Assembly (NCBI RefSeq): GCF_965263005.1
Contig: NZ_OZ253579.1
Span: forward strand, 1,155,668 to 1,219,667
DNA length: 64,000 nt
Source: Candidatus Rariloculus sp.
Lineage (GTDB): Bacteria; Pseudomonadota; Gammaproteobacteria; Steroidobacterales; Rariloculaceae
Direction of reading: 5' to 3'
The position numbers and the translations under genes are program-made. Positions 45,929-55,519 of the stretch are shown here, piece after piece (position 1 is the first letter of the stretch; each line of letters opens with the position of its first letter). Under the pieces are notes generated by a model. The model saw nothing but the letters and a program-made list of their open reading frames with translations, had not been told where the DNA came from and did not search any database.

Positions 45929-46867
45929 ATGTCAGGTGCTGGCTCATATCGGATTCCGGCGGTCAGCACGCTGCTCGCTTTCGAAAGTGCGGCCCGAAAT
46001 GGCAGTTTCTCCGATGCGGCCAGCGAGTTACGCACCTCGCAATCCGCAATTAGCCGGCACATCGCCAGGCTCGAGCGGCAGCTTACGACTCGACTCTTCC
46101 ACCGGACCCGTGCGGGCGTGAGCTTGACAGCGGCCGGGCGTCATTTCCGCGACGCCGTCGTCGCGGGGCTCGGAGTCATCAGCGCGGGCGCCACGGAAGC
46201 CACCTACTTGTCCAATGGCGACCAGGTGGTCATCGCTTGTGGTCACGACATTTCCCATCTGGTCGTGTTTCAGCGCTACGATGTGTTACGGGCGACGCTC
46301 GGCAAGGATACCCGGGTGCGCCTTCTGACATACCAGCGCAACCCCAGGGCTATGCCCATCGATCCGATTGCCGATATCGTGTTGGCCTGGAACACCACGA
46401 ACGTGGCGGCTGAGGACATGGCGCTGGTTTTCAAGGAGGAGGTGCAATTGGTCTGCTCGCCCGGGTATGCGGCAACCCATGCGGACACCTTGAGCAAGCC
46501 CATTTCGGATTGGGGCGGTCTCACCTTTCTTGACGTCGATAGTCCCAACCTGGGTTGGGCCACCTGGTCGGACTGGTTCGAGACGGCCGGGTACCCCGTG
46601 CCGAGGCCTCGATTCGAAGGATTCGACAGCTACGTTCAGGTGCTGGAGGCCGCCTGCGCCGGGCTGGGTATCGCGCTGGGTTGGCGCAACTGCATCGAGC
46701 GGTATCTCGACTCCGGCGCGATCGAGATGCTCGCCGAAGGGTTCGTTGAATTCGACAACAGCTTCGTCGCCGCGCTGACGGCGAAGGGCCGTAGAAACGC
46801 GAGTGCCCGAAAGTGCCTCGCCTTCTTCGAACACTGGCCGCTGCGCGGAACCACTCCGACGCAGTAG
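45929..46867 (+). CDS. LysR-family transcriptional regulator
   Basis: The N-terminal wHTH is LLAFESAARNGSFSDAASELRTSQSAISRHIARLERQLTTRLFHR, followed by a LysR substrate-binding domain. An AT-rich region lies upstream. Confidence 0.85.
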   Translation: MSGAGSYRIPAVSTLLAFESAARNGSFSDAASELRTSQSAISRHIARLERQLTTRLFHRTRAGVSLTAAGRHFRDAVVAGLGVISAGATEATYLSNGDQVVIACGHDISHLVVFQRYDVLRATLGKDTRVRLLTYQRNPRAMPIDPIADIVLAWNTTNVAAEDMALVFKEEVQLVCSPGYAATHADTLSKPISDWGGLTFLDVDSPNLGWATWSDWFETAGYPVPRPRFEGFDSYVQVLEAACAGLGIALGWRNCIERYLDSGAIEMLAEGFVEFDNSFVAALTAKGRRNASARKCLAFFEHWPLRGTTPTQ

Positions 46868-46933
46868 CGATGCCGGCTGGTGTGGCGGCCCGGGCCGGTG
46901 CCGCGCGCTGTGATACCATCGGGCGCCGTGAAA

Positions 46934-47320
46934 ATGACGCCAACCGAATGGCTCGATGCCTATCGCAAAGCTTGGGTCGAGCGTGACGCAGATGCTGCGG
47001 CGGAACTGTTCACCCAGGACGCGACGTACGCCGAGCAACCCTACCAGGACGCGTTTGTCGGTCGTCGCGGCATCCACGAATATTGGGCGCGTGTGACCGC
47101 GGCTCAAGCCAACGTCGAGATTCGCTACGGCACGCCGATCACAGTCGGCGACCGCACGGCCGTGGAATGGTGGACAACGCTGACGAACGACGTCGTGCCG
47201 ATCACGCTCGCAGGCGCATTTATTCTCACTTTCGATGCGTCCGGGCTCTGCCGCACGTTGCGCGAGTACTGGAGCTTCGCCGAAGGGACGAAGCAACCGA
47301 AGAGCGGCTGGGGATCCTGA
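46934..47320 (+). CDS. SnoaL-like / NTF2-fold protein
   Basis: ORF 46880..47320 was trimmed to MTPTEWLDAYRKAWVERDADAAAELFTQDATY, a typical SnoaL-like opening. The length is 128 aa. Confidence 0.7.
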   Translation: MTPTEWLDAYRKAWVERDADAAAELFTQDATYAEQPYQDAFVGRRGIHEYWARVTAAQANVEIRYGTPITVGDRTAVEWWTTLTNDVVPITLAGAFILTFDASGLCRTLREYWSFAEGTKQPKSGWGS

Positions 47321-47351
47321 CAACCGGGGCTCCAATCCCCGTGGGGATGCC
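47321..47351 (+). repeat. Degenerate direct copy of the tRNA-Glu 3' end (att-like islet boundary)
   Basis: caaccggggCtcCaatccccgtggggaTgcc at 47321-47351 matches caaccggggTtcGaatccccgtggggaCgcc at 45397-45427 at 28 of 31 positions. Confidence 0.8.
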
Positions 47352-48000
47352 GATTGCCAAAATCGACGCGCGCGTGAGCAGCTTGAGCAACGAAGATTCC
47401 CCGTCGGCCCCACCGCTATGGGGCCTGGTGCTGGCAGGAGGCGAGAGCCGCAGGATGGGACGGGACAAGGGCCGGCTCGCCTATTTCGGAGAACCGCAAG
47501 CGTCCCGGGCGTGGCGGATGCTTGAGTCCGTGTGCCCGCGCGCGTTCGTATCCGTGCGCCCCGAGCAGGCCGGCGCCGAGCCGTATTCGCAACTTCCGTA
47601 CATCGTTGATGACGATACTGCCAAGGGTCCGGTCGCAGGCGTGTTGGCTGCCTGGGCGCAATGGGAAGGCGTCGCATGGCTATTGCTCGCGGCGGACATG
47701 CCGTTCGTCGATGAGGCGATGCTGCGCGAGCTGATACGCGCTCGCGATCCGACGGCGCTCGCAACGGCATTTCGCCATCGCGGCGGTGCGCCGGAGCCCT
47801 TGTGCACGATCTGGGAACCGCGTGCCCATCCGGCCGTGCTCGGACGCGCGCGCGCCAGGGAGCGCTCGCTGCGCGGTCTGCTCGAGGCGTCCCCGGTCCG
47901 ATGGGTCGACCCCCCGGACGCCTCAAGGCTCGCAAGCGTCAACACGCCCGAAGACTATGAGCGCGTCCGCGCCGCGCTTGGGCCGAGCCGCGCCCCGTAG
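47347..48000 (+). CDS. MobA-like NTP transferase (probable molybdenum cofactor guanylyltransferase)
   Basis: It has LVLAGGESRRMGRDKG (the GxxLAGGxxxRMG loop) and LLLAADMPF. The start is uncertain: the ATG at 47347 lies inside the att-like repeat, and in-frame alternatives are GTG 47374 and TTG 47383. Confidence 0.7.
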   Translation: MPIAKIDARVSSLSNEDSPSAPPLWGLVLAGGESRRMGRDKGRLAYFGEPQASRAWRMLESVCPRAFVSVRPEQAGAEPYSQLPYIVDDDTAKGPVAGVLAAWAQWEGVAWLLLAADMPFVDEAMLRELIRARDPTALATAFRHRGGAPEPLCTIWEPRAHPAVLGRARARERSLRGLLEASPVRWVDPPDASRLASVNTPEDYERVRAALGPSRAP

Positions 48001-48029
48001 CACAATTGAGCCAAAAGGTTGCCCGAGCC

Positions 48030-49193
48030 ATGCAGGTTCCGTTAATCGATCTCAAAGCGCAGTATTCCCAGATCAGAGACGAGGTCGAGCAATCGATCCG
48101 CACGGTCTGTGACAGCCAGTACTTCGTGCTCGGGCCGAACGTCGCGGAACTCGAACGGCGGATCGCGCAATACTCGCAGGCGCGATACGCGATCGGCGTA
48201 TCGTCCGGTACCGATGCTTTGCTCGTTGCCCTCACGGCGCTCGATGTTGGCCCCGGTGACGAGATCGTCACCACGCCGTATTCGTTTTTCGCAACGGCCG
48301 GCGTGATCGCCCGGCTTGGGGCGCGACCGCTTTTCTGCGATATCGACGAGCCGACCTTCAACCTTGCGCCGTCAGCCGTGGCCAGCGTCCTGAGCGGGCA
48401 ATGCGACCGGGTCGGAGCCGAACTCGTCAACACTCGCACGGGCGGACGCGTCAGAGCGATCATGCCCGTGCATCTGTTCGGCCAGATGGCTGACATGGAC
48501 GCGCTGCTCGAGATCGGCCGCCAGCACCGTCTGCTCGTCGTCGAGGATGCCGCTCAGGCGATCGGCGCGGAGCTCGGCGACGGACGCCGGGCCGGCAGTA
48601 TCGGCAATATCGGCTGTTTTTCCTTTTTCCCGACAAAGAACCTCGGCGCATTCGGCGATGCCGGCATGTGCGTCGTCAACGATGCGGAGCTTGCCGAGAG
48701 AATCCGGGCGCTTCGCGTCCACGGAGGCCGATCGGAGTACTTCCATGCCGAGGTCGGCGGGAACTTCAGATTGGACGAGCTTCAGGCCGCCGTGTTGCTG
48801 GTCAAGCTCAACTATCTCGATCGGTGGACGAAAGCCCGCCAGGACAACGCCGCACGCTATGACCGATTGATCGAGGATGCTGAGATCGCGGAATTCGTAA
48901 CAACTCCGATTGCGAAAGAGGGCCGCCACATTTTCAACCAATACGTGATTCGCGTGCAGCGTCGTGACGAGCTGCAATCGTATTTGGCCGAGCAGGGGAT
49001 CCGCACGGCAATCTATTACCCGTTGGCGCTGCATGAGCAGGCCTGCTTCGCGGACCTCGGCCACGACTCCGCGAATTTCCCGTACGCGAATCGGGCCGCT
49101 GCCGAGACGTTGGCCCTGCCGATCTATCCGGAGCTGAGCGGCGAGCAACTGGAGTATGTGGTCGCAGGGATCGCCGCGTTCTACGGGCCGTGA
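48030..49193 (+). CDS. DegT/DnrJ/EryC1/StrS-family PLP aminotransferase
   Basis: The opening is MQVPLIDLKAQY. GVSSGTDAL, VVEDAAQAIGA and CFSFFPTKNLGAFGDAG (PLP-Lys) are the family blocks. Confidence 0.85.
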   Translation: MQVPLIDLKAQYSQIRDEVEQSIRTVCDSQYFVLGPNVAELERRIAQYSQARYAIGVSSGTDALLVALTALDVGPGDEIVTTPYSFFATAGVIARLGARPLFCDIDEPTFNLAPSAVASVLSGQCDRVGAELVNTRTGGRVRAIMPVHLFGQMADMDALLEIGRQHRLLVVEDAAQAIGAELGDGRRAGSIGNIGCFSFFPTKNLGAFGDAGMCVVNDAELAERIRALRVHGGRSEYFHAEVGGNFRLDELQAAVLLVKLNYLDRWTKARQDNAARYDRLIEDAEIAEFVTTPIAKEGRHIFNQYVIRVQRRDELQSYLAEQGIRTAIYYPLALHEQACFADLGHDSANFPYANRAAAETLALPIYPELSGEQLEYVVAGIAAFYGP

Positions 49194-50014
49194 CCGGCAG
49201 GATGCATAGCGCCGGTTCGATTCTCGCCGACGACGAACCGCCGGCTTACGAACTCATTGAGGGATCGGGCCCGCGACCGATCATCATCGTCTGCGACCAC
49301 GCCGCCAACCGCGTGCCGCGATCGCTCGACATGCTTGGCCTGGCCGACCATCATCTGCACGACCACATCGGTTGGGACATCGGCGCGGCCGGAGTCGCGC
49401 GGCGGCTCGCGCAGTGGTTTGATGCGGACGCCGTGCTTGCCGTCTATTCGCGCCTCGTCGTCGATCTGAACCGGTCGCTGCACGATGCCGGCGCTTTTGC
49501 CGCGATCAGCGACGGGATACTCGTGCCGGGCAACGTCGGCTTGAGCATCGAGGCCAAGGCGGCAAGGGCCCGCGAACTCTATCACCCTTATCACCGCACG
49601 ATCAGAAAACTGATCGATGCCGGAACGAGCGCGGAGCACAGCCCGATATTCATCGGCATACACAGTTTCACGCCCCGCGCGAGCGGCATCGAGCGGCCCT
49701 GGCACATCGGCGTGCTCTGGGACAAGGATCCGCGGCTGCCGCTGCCCTTGATGCGCGGGCTCAGGACCGCTTCGGACATCGTCGTGGCCGACAACGAACC
49801 GTATTCGGGGCGTCATCCGGCCGACTTTACGATCGATCACCACGCCGAACTGCTCGGTCTCGCGCACGCGGGGATCGAGATACGCCAGGATCTGATCCGT
49901 GACGAGATCGGACAGGAGCGCTGGGCCGCGCGGCTGGCGGACGCGCTTCGGCCCGTGCTCGAGCACGAAGCGTTCTATACTCGATTGGAAACGATGGGCA
50001 AGGGAGCCGTGTGA
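49190..50014 (+). CDS. N-formylglutamate amidohydrolase (FGase)-family protein
   Basis: The GTG overlaps the DegT stop; ATG 49202 is an alternative start. IIIVCDHAANRVP, VDLNR, IGIHSFTP and IEIRQDL are FGase-family metal and active-site blocks. Confidence 0.8.
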   Translation: MTGRMHSAGSILADDEPPAYELIEGSGPRPIIIVCDHAANRVPRSLDMLGLADHHLHDHIGWDIGAAGVARRLAQWFDADAVLAVYSRLVVDLNRSLHDAGAFAAISDGILVPGNVGLSIEAKAARARELYHPYHRTIRKLIDAGTSAEHSPIFIGIHSFTPRASGIERPWHIGVLWDKDPRLPLPLMRGLRTASDIVVADNEPYSGRHPADFTIDHHAELLGLAHAGIEIRQDLIRDEIGQERWAARLADALRPVLEHEAFYTRLETMGKGAV

Positions 50015-51154
50015 ATGAATGAGCCGTCTTTCACGATCGGGGTCGAAGAGGAATACATGCTTGTCGACCGTGAGAGTCGGGATCTCGTCGCGAGGATGCC
50101 GAATGCGATGCTCGAGCAGTGCGCCTTGCTTGCGGAGGGGCAGCAGGTCACGCCGGAGTTTCTGAAATCGCAGATCGAAGTCGGCACGCGCGTGTGCACG
50201 AACATGGACGAGGTCAGGACGGCACTCACCTTGCTGCGCAGGTCCGTGATCGACGTTGCTGACCGGCACGGGCTCGCGCCGATCGCGGCGTCGACGCATC
50301 CGTTCGCCGACTGGGCAGTTCAGCAGCACACCGAGCGCTCCCGGTACGACGCGTTGTCGGAGGAGTTGCAGGCGGCGGCCCAGCGCCTTCTGATCTGCGG
50401 CATGCACGTGCATGTCGGCATCGAAGACGAAGAGCTCAGAATCGATCTGCTGAATCAGGCCAGCTATTTCCTGCCGCATTTGCTTGCGATGTCTTGCTCC
50501 TCGCCATTCTGGGAAGGCAAGGATACGGGCCTCAAGTCGTATCGCCTGACTGTCTTCGATGCCTTGCCGAGGACCGGCATACCCGAGCGCTTCGCGAGTT
50601 ACGCGGAGTACCAGCGCCTCGTCAAGGTCATGGTCGAGGCCGGCGTGATCCAGGACGCAACAAAAGTCTGGTGGGACATCAGGCCGAGCGCTCGCTACCC
50701 GACGCTCGAGGCGCGGATCATGGACGTGTGCACCGACATCGAGGATGCGCTGTGTCTCACGGCGATGATCTGCTGCCTGCTGCGGATGCTCTACAGACTG
50801 CGCCAGAGCAATCAGCGCTGGCGGGAATACGCGCCGATGCTGATCGGCGAGAATCGCTGGCGTGCGATGCGCTACAGTTTCGATCAGGGACTCATAGACC
50901 TCGGCCGCGGCCGGGTCATCCCGTTCCCGCAACTGCTCGAGGAGTTGCTCGATCTGATTCGAGAGGATGCCAAGGCGCTCGGTTGCGTGGGCCTTGTCGA
51001 GCACACGCGGACGATCCTCGCGCGCGGCACGAGCGCGCACCGGCAGATCGAAGTGCGCAGGAAGGCGCTCGCAGACGGCGCCTCGAAGCAAGAGGCTCAC
51101 CGCACCGTCGTCGATCACCTGATTGCGGAAACCGCCAAAGGCGTTGTCCCGTGA
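50015..51154 (+). CDS. carboxylate-amine ligase (GCS2 / YbdK family)
   Basis: FTIGVEEEYMLVD, GMHVHVGI, WWDIRPS..YPTLEARIMD are GCS2 signatures. It starts immediately after the FGase stop (TGAATG). Confidence 0.85.
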   Translation: MNEPSFTIGVEEEYMLVDRESRDLVARMPNAMLEQCALLAEGQQVTPEFLKSQIEVGTRVCTNMDEVRTALTLLRRSVIDVADRHGLAPIAASTHPFADWAVQQHTERSRYDALSEELQAAAQRLLICGMHVHVGIEDEELRIDLLNQASYFLPHLLAMSCSSPFWEGKDTGLKSYRLTVFDALPRTGIPERFASYAEYQRLVKVMVEAGVIQDATKVWWDIRPSARYPTLEARIMDVCTDIEDALCLTAMICCLLRMLYRLRQSNQRWREYAPMLIGENRWRAMRYSFDQGLIDLGRGRVIPFPQLLEELLDLIREDAKALGCVGLVEHTRTILARGTSAHRQIEVRRKALADGASKQEAHRTVVDHLIAETAKGVVP

Positions 51155-52164
51155 CGCCGCACAAGCTTTGCGTCGCGCCGATGATGGAGCGCACGGACCG
51201 GCATTGCCGTTACCTGATGAGGTCGATTGCGCCGAACGCCTGGGTCTACACGGAAATGATAACGGCCCCGGCGCTGTTGCACGGCGACTCGGAGCGATTT
51301 CTGCGCTTCGATCCCCGCGAGCACCCCGTCGCCTTGCAGCTTGGCGGGAGCGATCCCGGCCAACTCGCGGCAGCGGCGCGGCTCGGTGAAGCCGCGGGCT
51401 ACGATGAGGTCAATCTGAACGTCGGCTGCCCGAGCCCGCGCGTCAAGGCGGGCCGCTTCGGCGTGGTGCTGATGCTTGAACCGGAACTCGTCGCAAGCTG
51501 CGTTGAAGCCATGCGACGAGCCGTATGCGTTCCCGTGACCGTGAAATGCCGAATCGGCGTCGATGATCGCGACGACTATGCGTTCCTGTACGAATTTACC
51601 CGGCATGTCGTCGATGCCGGCTGCACGGCGCTCTTCGTGCACGCGCGCAAGGCATGGCTCAAGGGCTTGAGCCCGAAGCAGAATCGCGAAGTCCCGCCGC
51701 TCGACTATTCGCGCGTCCACCGATTGATAGCCGACTTCCCGGGGCTCGAAGTCGTCATCAACGGCGGGTTGGACACGGCCCGAACCGCCTTGCGCGAACT
51801 CGGGTTCGTCGACGGCATCATGCTCGGCAGAAGTGCGTACGCGGAACCGATGCTCATGGCCGAACTCGACCGGCGAATCTTTGCAGCCGGCGTGCCGAGA
51901 TCGCGCGCGGATATCGCTGAATCCTATGTCGCCCACGTGGAGTCGGAGCTCGCCTCGGGCACGCCGCTCAGGGTAATGACGCGCCACCTCATGGGCTTGT
52001 ATGCGCACCAGCCGGGCGCGCGCCGCTGGCGGCGCGAGCTAGGAGAATTGGCCGAAGGGAAACCGGGCTTCAGGGCGTTCAAGCGCCTGCTCGCCGCGCA
52101 GCGGGGAGGGTCCGCGGCGCCCTATGCAAAGTTTGCCTTCGATCTTGTTTGCGAAAGGGATTGA
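51151..52164 (+). CDS. dusA: tRNA-dihydrouridine(20/20a) synthase
   Basis: The GTG overlaps the upstream stop (GTGA). KLCVAPMMERTDRHCRYLMR...VYTEMI..., VNLNVGCPS and VTVKCRIG are DusA blocks. Confidence 0.9.
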   Translation: MTPHKLCVAPMMERTDRHCRYLMRSIAPNAWVYTEMITAPALLHGDSERFLRFDPREHPVALQLGGSDPGQLAAAARLGEAAGYDEVNLNVGCPSPRVKAGRFGVVLMLEPELVASCVEAMRRAVCVPVTVKCRIGVDDRDDYAFLYEFTRHVVDAGCTALFVHARKAWLKGLSPKQNREVPPLDYSRVHRLIADFPGLEVVINGGLDTARTALRELGFVDGIMLGRSAYAEPMLMAELDRRIFAAGVPRSRADIAESYVAHVESELASGTPLRVMTRHLMGLYAHQPGARRWRRELGELAEGKPGFRAFKRLLAAQRGGSAAPYAKFAFDLVCERD

Positions 52165-52202
52165 CGCCGCTGCCGTTTGGCATTGCACCGGGAGGTGAGT
52201 CG

Positions 52203-53576
52203 ATGATGGGTTTGGTCCGCAAATCGATAAGAGTCGTCGGGTTGTTGCCGTGCCTGGTCGCGGCGTGGCTGCTTACCTCGCCTGTGTTATGGGGCCAGGG
52301 CGATCCGGGTGATCGTGGCACTGCGTTTGTCGGGGGAACGCTGATCGACGGTTCCGGGTCTGCGCCGCTACCGGACAGCGTCGTGCTGGTTCGCGGAGAG
52401 CGAATTGAAGCGATTGGCACGGTCGGTTCCCTGGCGGTTCCTGACGACTACGTTGTGGTTCCGACTGAAGGTATGACCGTGTTGCCCGGTTTGTGGGACA
52501 TGCACACTCACTTGCAGTATTCGGCGCACGCCAACCTGTCCGAGTGGAACGCCAGATATCTGATGCAGATGGAGGGTGTGATCATGCCGGCGATCGCATC
52601 GCAGTTGCTCATGGCCGGCATTACGAGCGCCAGGGAAATGATGGCTCCGCTCGGTCCCGTTGTGCGTGTCCGCGATCGCATCGCTGCTGGCGAGATTCCA
52701 GGACCAACGATGTATGTCGCCGGGGCGCTGCTGGAGCACGAGGCGCCGCCGGGCACAGAGCAATTCCGATGGAGCGTTGCGGGGATCGACGACGCTCATG
52801 AGAAAGTCGATAGCCTGGCCGCCGCGGGCGTGGACATGATCAAGTTGCTGTGCGTTGCGGAGATGGCTGTAGAAGAAGCGACGGCCATAGTCGAGCGCGC
52901 TCACCAACAGGGTCTGATGGTCTTCGCGCATGGCAAAACGGACGATGAGATTCGAAAGTGTCTCGCCGCAGGTGTCGATGGCCTTGAGCATCTTGGTACG
53001 TCCGCGTTGCTTCCGGACGATATCGTTGAGGCGATTCGTCGCCGTACCTCGGCAGGCACGCTTTACTGGACTCCGACCGTCGGCGTAGCCGTCAACTACG
53101 GCTACCTGCGGGACAACCGGGAGATGCTGGACGATCCCGCGTGGCAGCGCGGCCTTCCGGAATCGATTGTCTTGGACGTGGCGCAGTCGTTGTCTTCATT
53201 TTCTGATGTGCTCGACGGGCTGAGTTTCCTCACGACCGAGAATCAGGTCATGTACCGGCAGAAGTTCCAGCAGTTGGTCGACTCCGGACCAACGCTGCTG
53301 GTCGGAAGCGATTCGGGGAATCCCGGTCATTTTCAGACATTCGGCCTGGCTGTCGAGATCGATGCATGGGTCAATCGATTCGGTGTTGACGCGATGGAAG
53401 TGATTCGTCGCTCGACCTCCCTCGCGGCTCAGGTAATGGGTGTCGGCGACGAGTACGGGACCCTGGAGCCGGGAAAGTTTGCAGACATTATCGTGGTGCC
53501 GGGAGATCCGCTGCGGCACGTTTCGAATCTGCGCTATCCCCGCGTCGTGATGAAGTACGGGCGACGGGTCAGGTAG
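52203..53576 (+). CDS. secreted amidohydrolase-superfamily metallo-hydrolase
   Basis: ORF 52149..53576 was trimmed to MMGLVRK after the SD GGGAGGTGA, and a signal peptide is present. It has GLWDMHTHL (HxH metal site), a later FAHG, and a C-terminal GSDS...G(K)FADIIVV motif. Confidence 0.8.
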   Translation: MMGLVRKSIRVVGLLPCLVAAWLLTSPVLWGQGDPGDRGTAFVGGTLIDGSGSAPLPDSVVLVRGERIEAIGTVGSLAVPDDYVVVPTEGMTVLPGLWDMHTHLQYSAHANLSEWNARYLMQMEGVIMPAIASQLLMAGITSAREMMAPLGPVVRVRDRIAAGEIPGPTMYVAGALLEHEAPPGTEQFRWSVAGIDDAHEKVDSLAAAGVDMIKLLCVAEMAVEEATAIVERAHQQGLMVFAHGKTDDEIRKCLAAGVDGLEHLGTSALLPDDIVEAIRRRTSAGTLYWTPTVGVAVNYGYLRDNREMLDDPAWQRGLPESIVLDVAQSLSSFSDVLDGLSFLTTENQVMYRQKFQQLVDSGPTLLVGSDSGNPGHFQTFGLAVEIDAWVNRFGVDAMEVIRRSTSLAAQVMGVGDEYGTLEPGKFADIIVVPGDPLRHVSNLRYPRVVMKYGRRVR

Positions 53577-53612
53577 CGCCGGCCCTCCGGTCTGTTTTCG
53601 CGCGCTTCTTGT

Positions 53613-55358
53613 TCAGGCTTCGAGCGCTCTTCGAATCTTGTCGTGCTCGCTGCTGAGTTCAGGCGGCAGCCGGTCGCCGAAGCTTGCAAGGTATTGGCCG
53701 ATATCGTCGAGCTCGGCACGCCACTGCGCGCTATCGACGCTCAGCAATTGCCGCAGCGTGTCTTCGGACACGTCGATCCCGGTGACATCGAGATCGCCGG
53801 GACGGGGCAGGTAGCCGATCGGCAGCTCGTCGGCGCCGATCCGGCCCGCGCAGCGCTCGATGATCCAGCGCAGCACGCGCAGGTTCTCGCCGAAGCCTGG
53901 CCACAGGAACCTGCCGCCGCTGTCGCGCCTGAACCAGTTGACTTGAAAAACCTTGGGCAGGCGGTCGGAGCGGTTCGCGAAACTGAGCCAGTGAGCCCAG
54001 TAGTCGCCATAGTTGTAGCCGCAGAATGGCTTCATGGCCATCGGATCGCGCCTGACGACGCCGACCTGACCCGTGGCCGCGGCGGTGGTTTCCGACGCGA
54101 CGCCCGCACCGACGAGCACCCCGTGCGCCCAGTCCCTGGCCTGAAAGACCAGCGGTGCCAGTTCGCTGCGGCGGCCGCCGAACACGACCGCCGAGATCGG
54201 CACGCCTTCCGGCGCATCGGCCAGCTCCGAGTAACACGGATTCTGCTTCGCCGAGACCGTGAACCGCGAGTTTGGATGAGCGGCCGGCCCGTTGGCCCTT
54301 TCGTACGGCTTGCCGACCCAGTCGAGCACGGGTTCGCCGGTTTCCCTGCCTTCCCACCAAGGCTGGTTATCGGCCGTGACCGCGACGTTCGTGAAAATCG
54401 TATCCGCTTCGATCATGTCGTAAGCGTTGGGATTGGTCTTGCGATTCGTGCCCGGCACGACTCCGAAATAGCCGGCCTCGGGGTTGATTGCGCGAAGCTG
54501 TCCCGAGCCGTCGAGATGCATCCAGGCGATGTCGTCGCCGAGCGTCCAGACCTTCCAGTCCTCGTAGCCCTCGGGAGGGATCAGCATTGCAAGGTTGGTC
54601 TTGCCGCACTGGGAAGGGAACGCGCAGGCCAGGTAGTGCGTTTCCCCCGCGGGACTCTGGATGCCGACGATCAGCATGTGCTCGGCAAGCCAGCCCTCCG
54701 AGCGGCCCTGATAGCTCGCGATTCTGAGCGCGTGGCATTTCTTGCCGAGTAGCGCGTTGCCGCCATACCCTGAGCCGTAGCTCATGATTGTGATCTCTTC
54801 GGGGAAGTGAACGATGTAGCGGCGCTCCGGATCAAGCTCGCCCGTCGAGTGCAGACCCTGCACGAAGTTGCCGTCGCGCTCGATACGCTTGAGCGCCGCG
54901 TCACCCATGCGCGTCATCAGATACATGTTGGCGACGACGTAGGGACTGTCCGTGATCTCTACGCCGCAACGGGCGTAAGGCGAGTCGAGCGGCCCCATGC
55001 AGTAAGGGATCACGTACATCGTGCGCCCGCGCATGCAAGTGCTGAAACATTCGCGCATCATGCGCTTCGCGTCGTCGGGAGATTTCCAGTTGTTGTTCGG
55101 ACCCGCATCGTCCGCATTGCTCGTACACACGAACGTCAGATGCTCGACGCGCGCGACGTCCAGCGGGTCCGAACGGTGCAGATAGCAACCGGGGTAGTGT
55201 TGCTGATTGAGCTCGATCAGCGTGCCGTCGCCGAGCATCTGCTCGATGAGCTGCCGGTATTCCTGCTCGCTACCCGAGCACCAGTGAATCCGGTCGGGCC
55301 GCGTAAGCTCGGCGACCTTGCGGACCCATTCATCGAGGGATTTAAGTTGAGTCGTCAC
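53613..55358 (-). CDS. pckG: phosphoenolpyruvate carboxykinase (GTP)
   Basis: ORF 53613..55598 was trimmed to a GTG (VTTQLKSLDEWVRKV...). The blocks YVIPYCMGP, FPSQCGKTNLAML, LGDDIAWM and WEG are GTP-PEPCK signatures. The start has no obvious SD, so it is the least certain part of the call. Confidence 0.88.
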   Translation of the reverse strand: MTTQLKSLDEWVRKVAELTRPDRIHWCSGSEQEYRQLIEQMLGDGTLIELNQQHYPGCYLHRSDPLDVARVEHLTFVCTSNADDAGPNNNWKSPDDAKRMMRECFSTCMRGRTMYVIPYCMGPLDSPYARCGVEITDSPYVVANMYLMTRMGDAALKRIERDGNFVQGLHSTGELDPERRYIVHFPEEITIMSYGSGYGGNALLGKKCHALRIASYQGRSEGWLAEHMLIVGIQSPAGETHYLACAFPSQCGKTNLAMLIPPEGYEDWKVWTLGDDIAWMHLDGSGQLRAINPEAGYFGVVPGTNRKTNPNAYDMIEADTIFTNVAVTADNQPWWEGRETGEPVLDWVGKPYERANGPAAHPNSRFTVSAKQNPCYSELADAPEGVPISAVVFGGRRSELAPLVFQARDWAHGVLVGAGVASETTAAATGQVGVVRRDPMAMKPFCGYNYGDYWAHWLSFANRSDRLPKVFQVNWFRRDSGGRFLWPGFGENLRVLRWIIERCAGRIGADELPIGYLPRPGDLDVTGIDVSEDTLRQLLSVDSAQWRAELDDIGQYLASFGDRLPPELSSEHDKIRRALEA

Positions 55359-55519
55359 GGATAGGATGAAATCAGTGTTTTCGAAGCGTGACAGTATACC
55401 CAGCCAGCATTGCCAAAGGGAGCCGAAGCGCTTGGGCGGTAGCGGGAACACGGTCAATTTCGTGCCGGGACAGGGATTTCGAGATCCTCCGGCACGCCGT
55501 ATCAGGCTATAGTTGCCCG

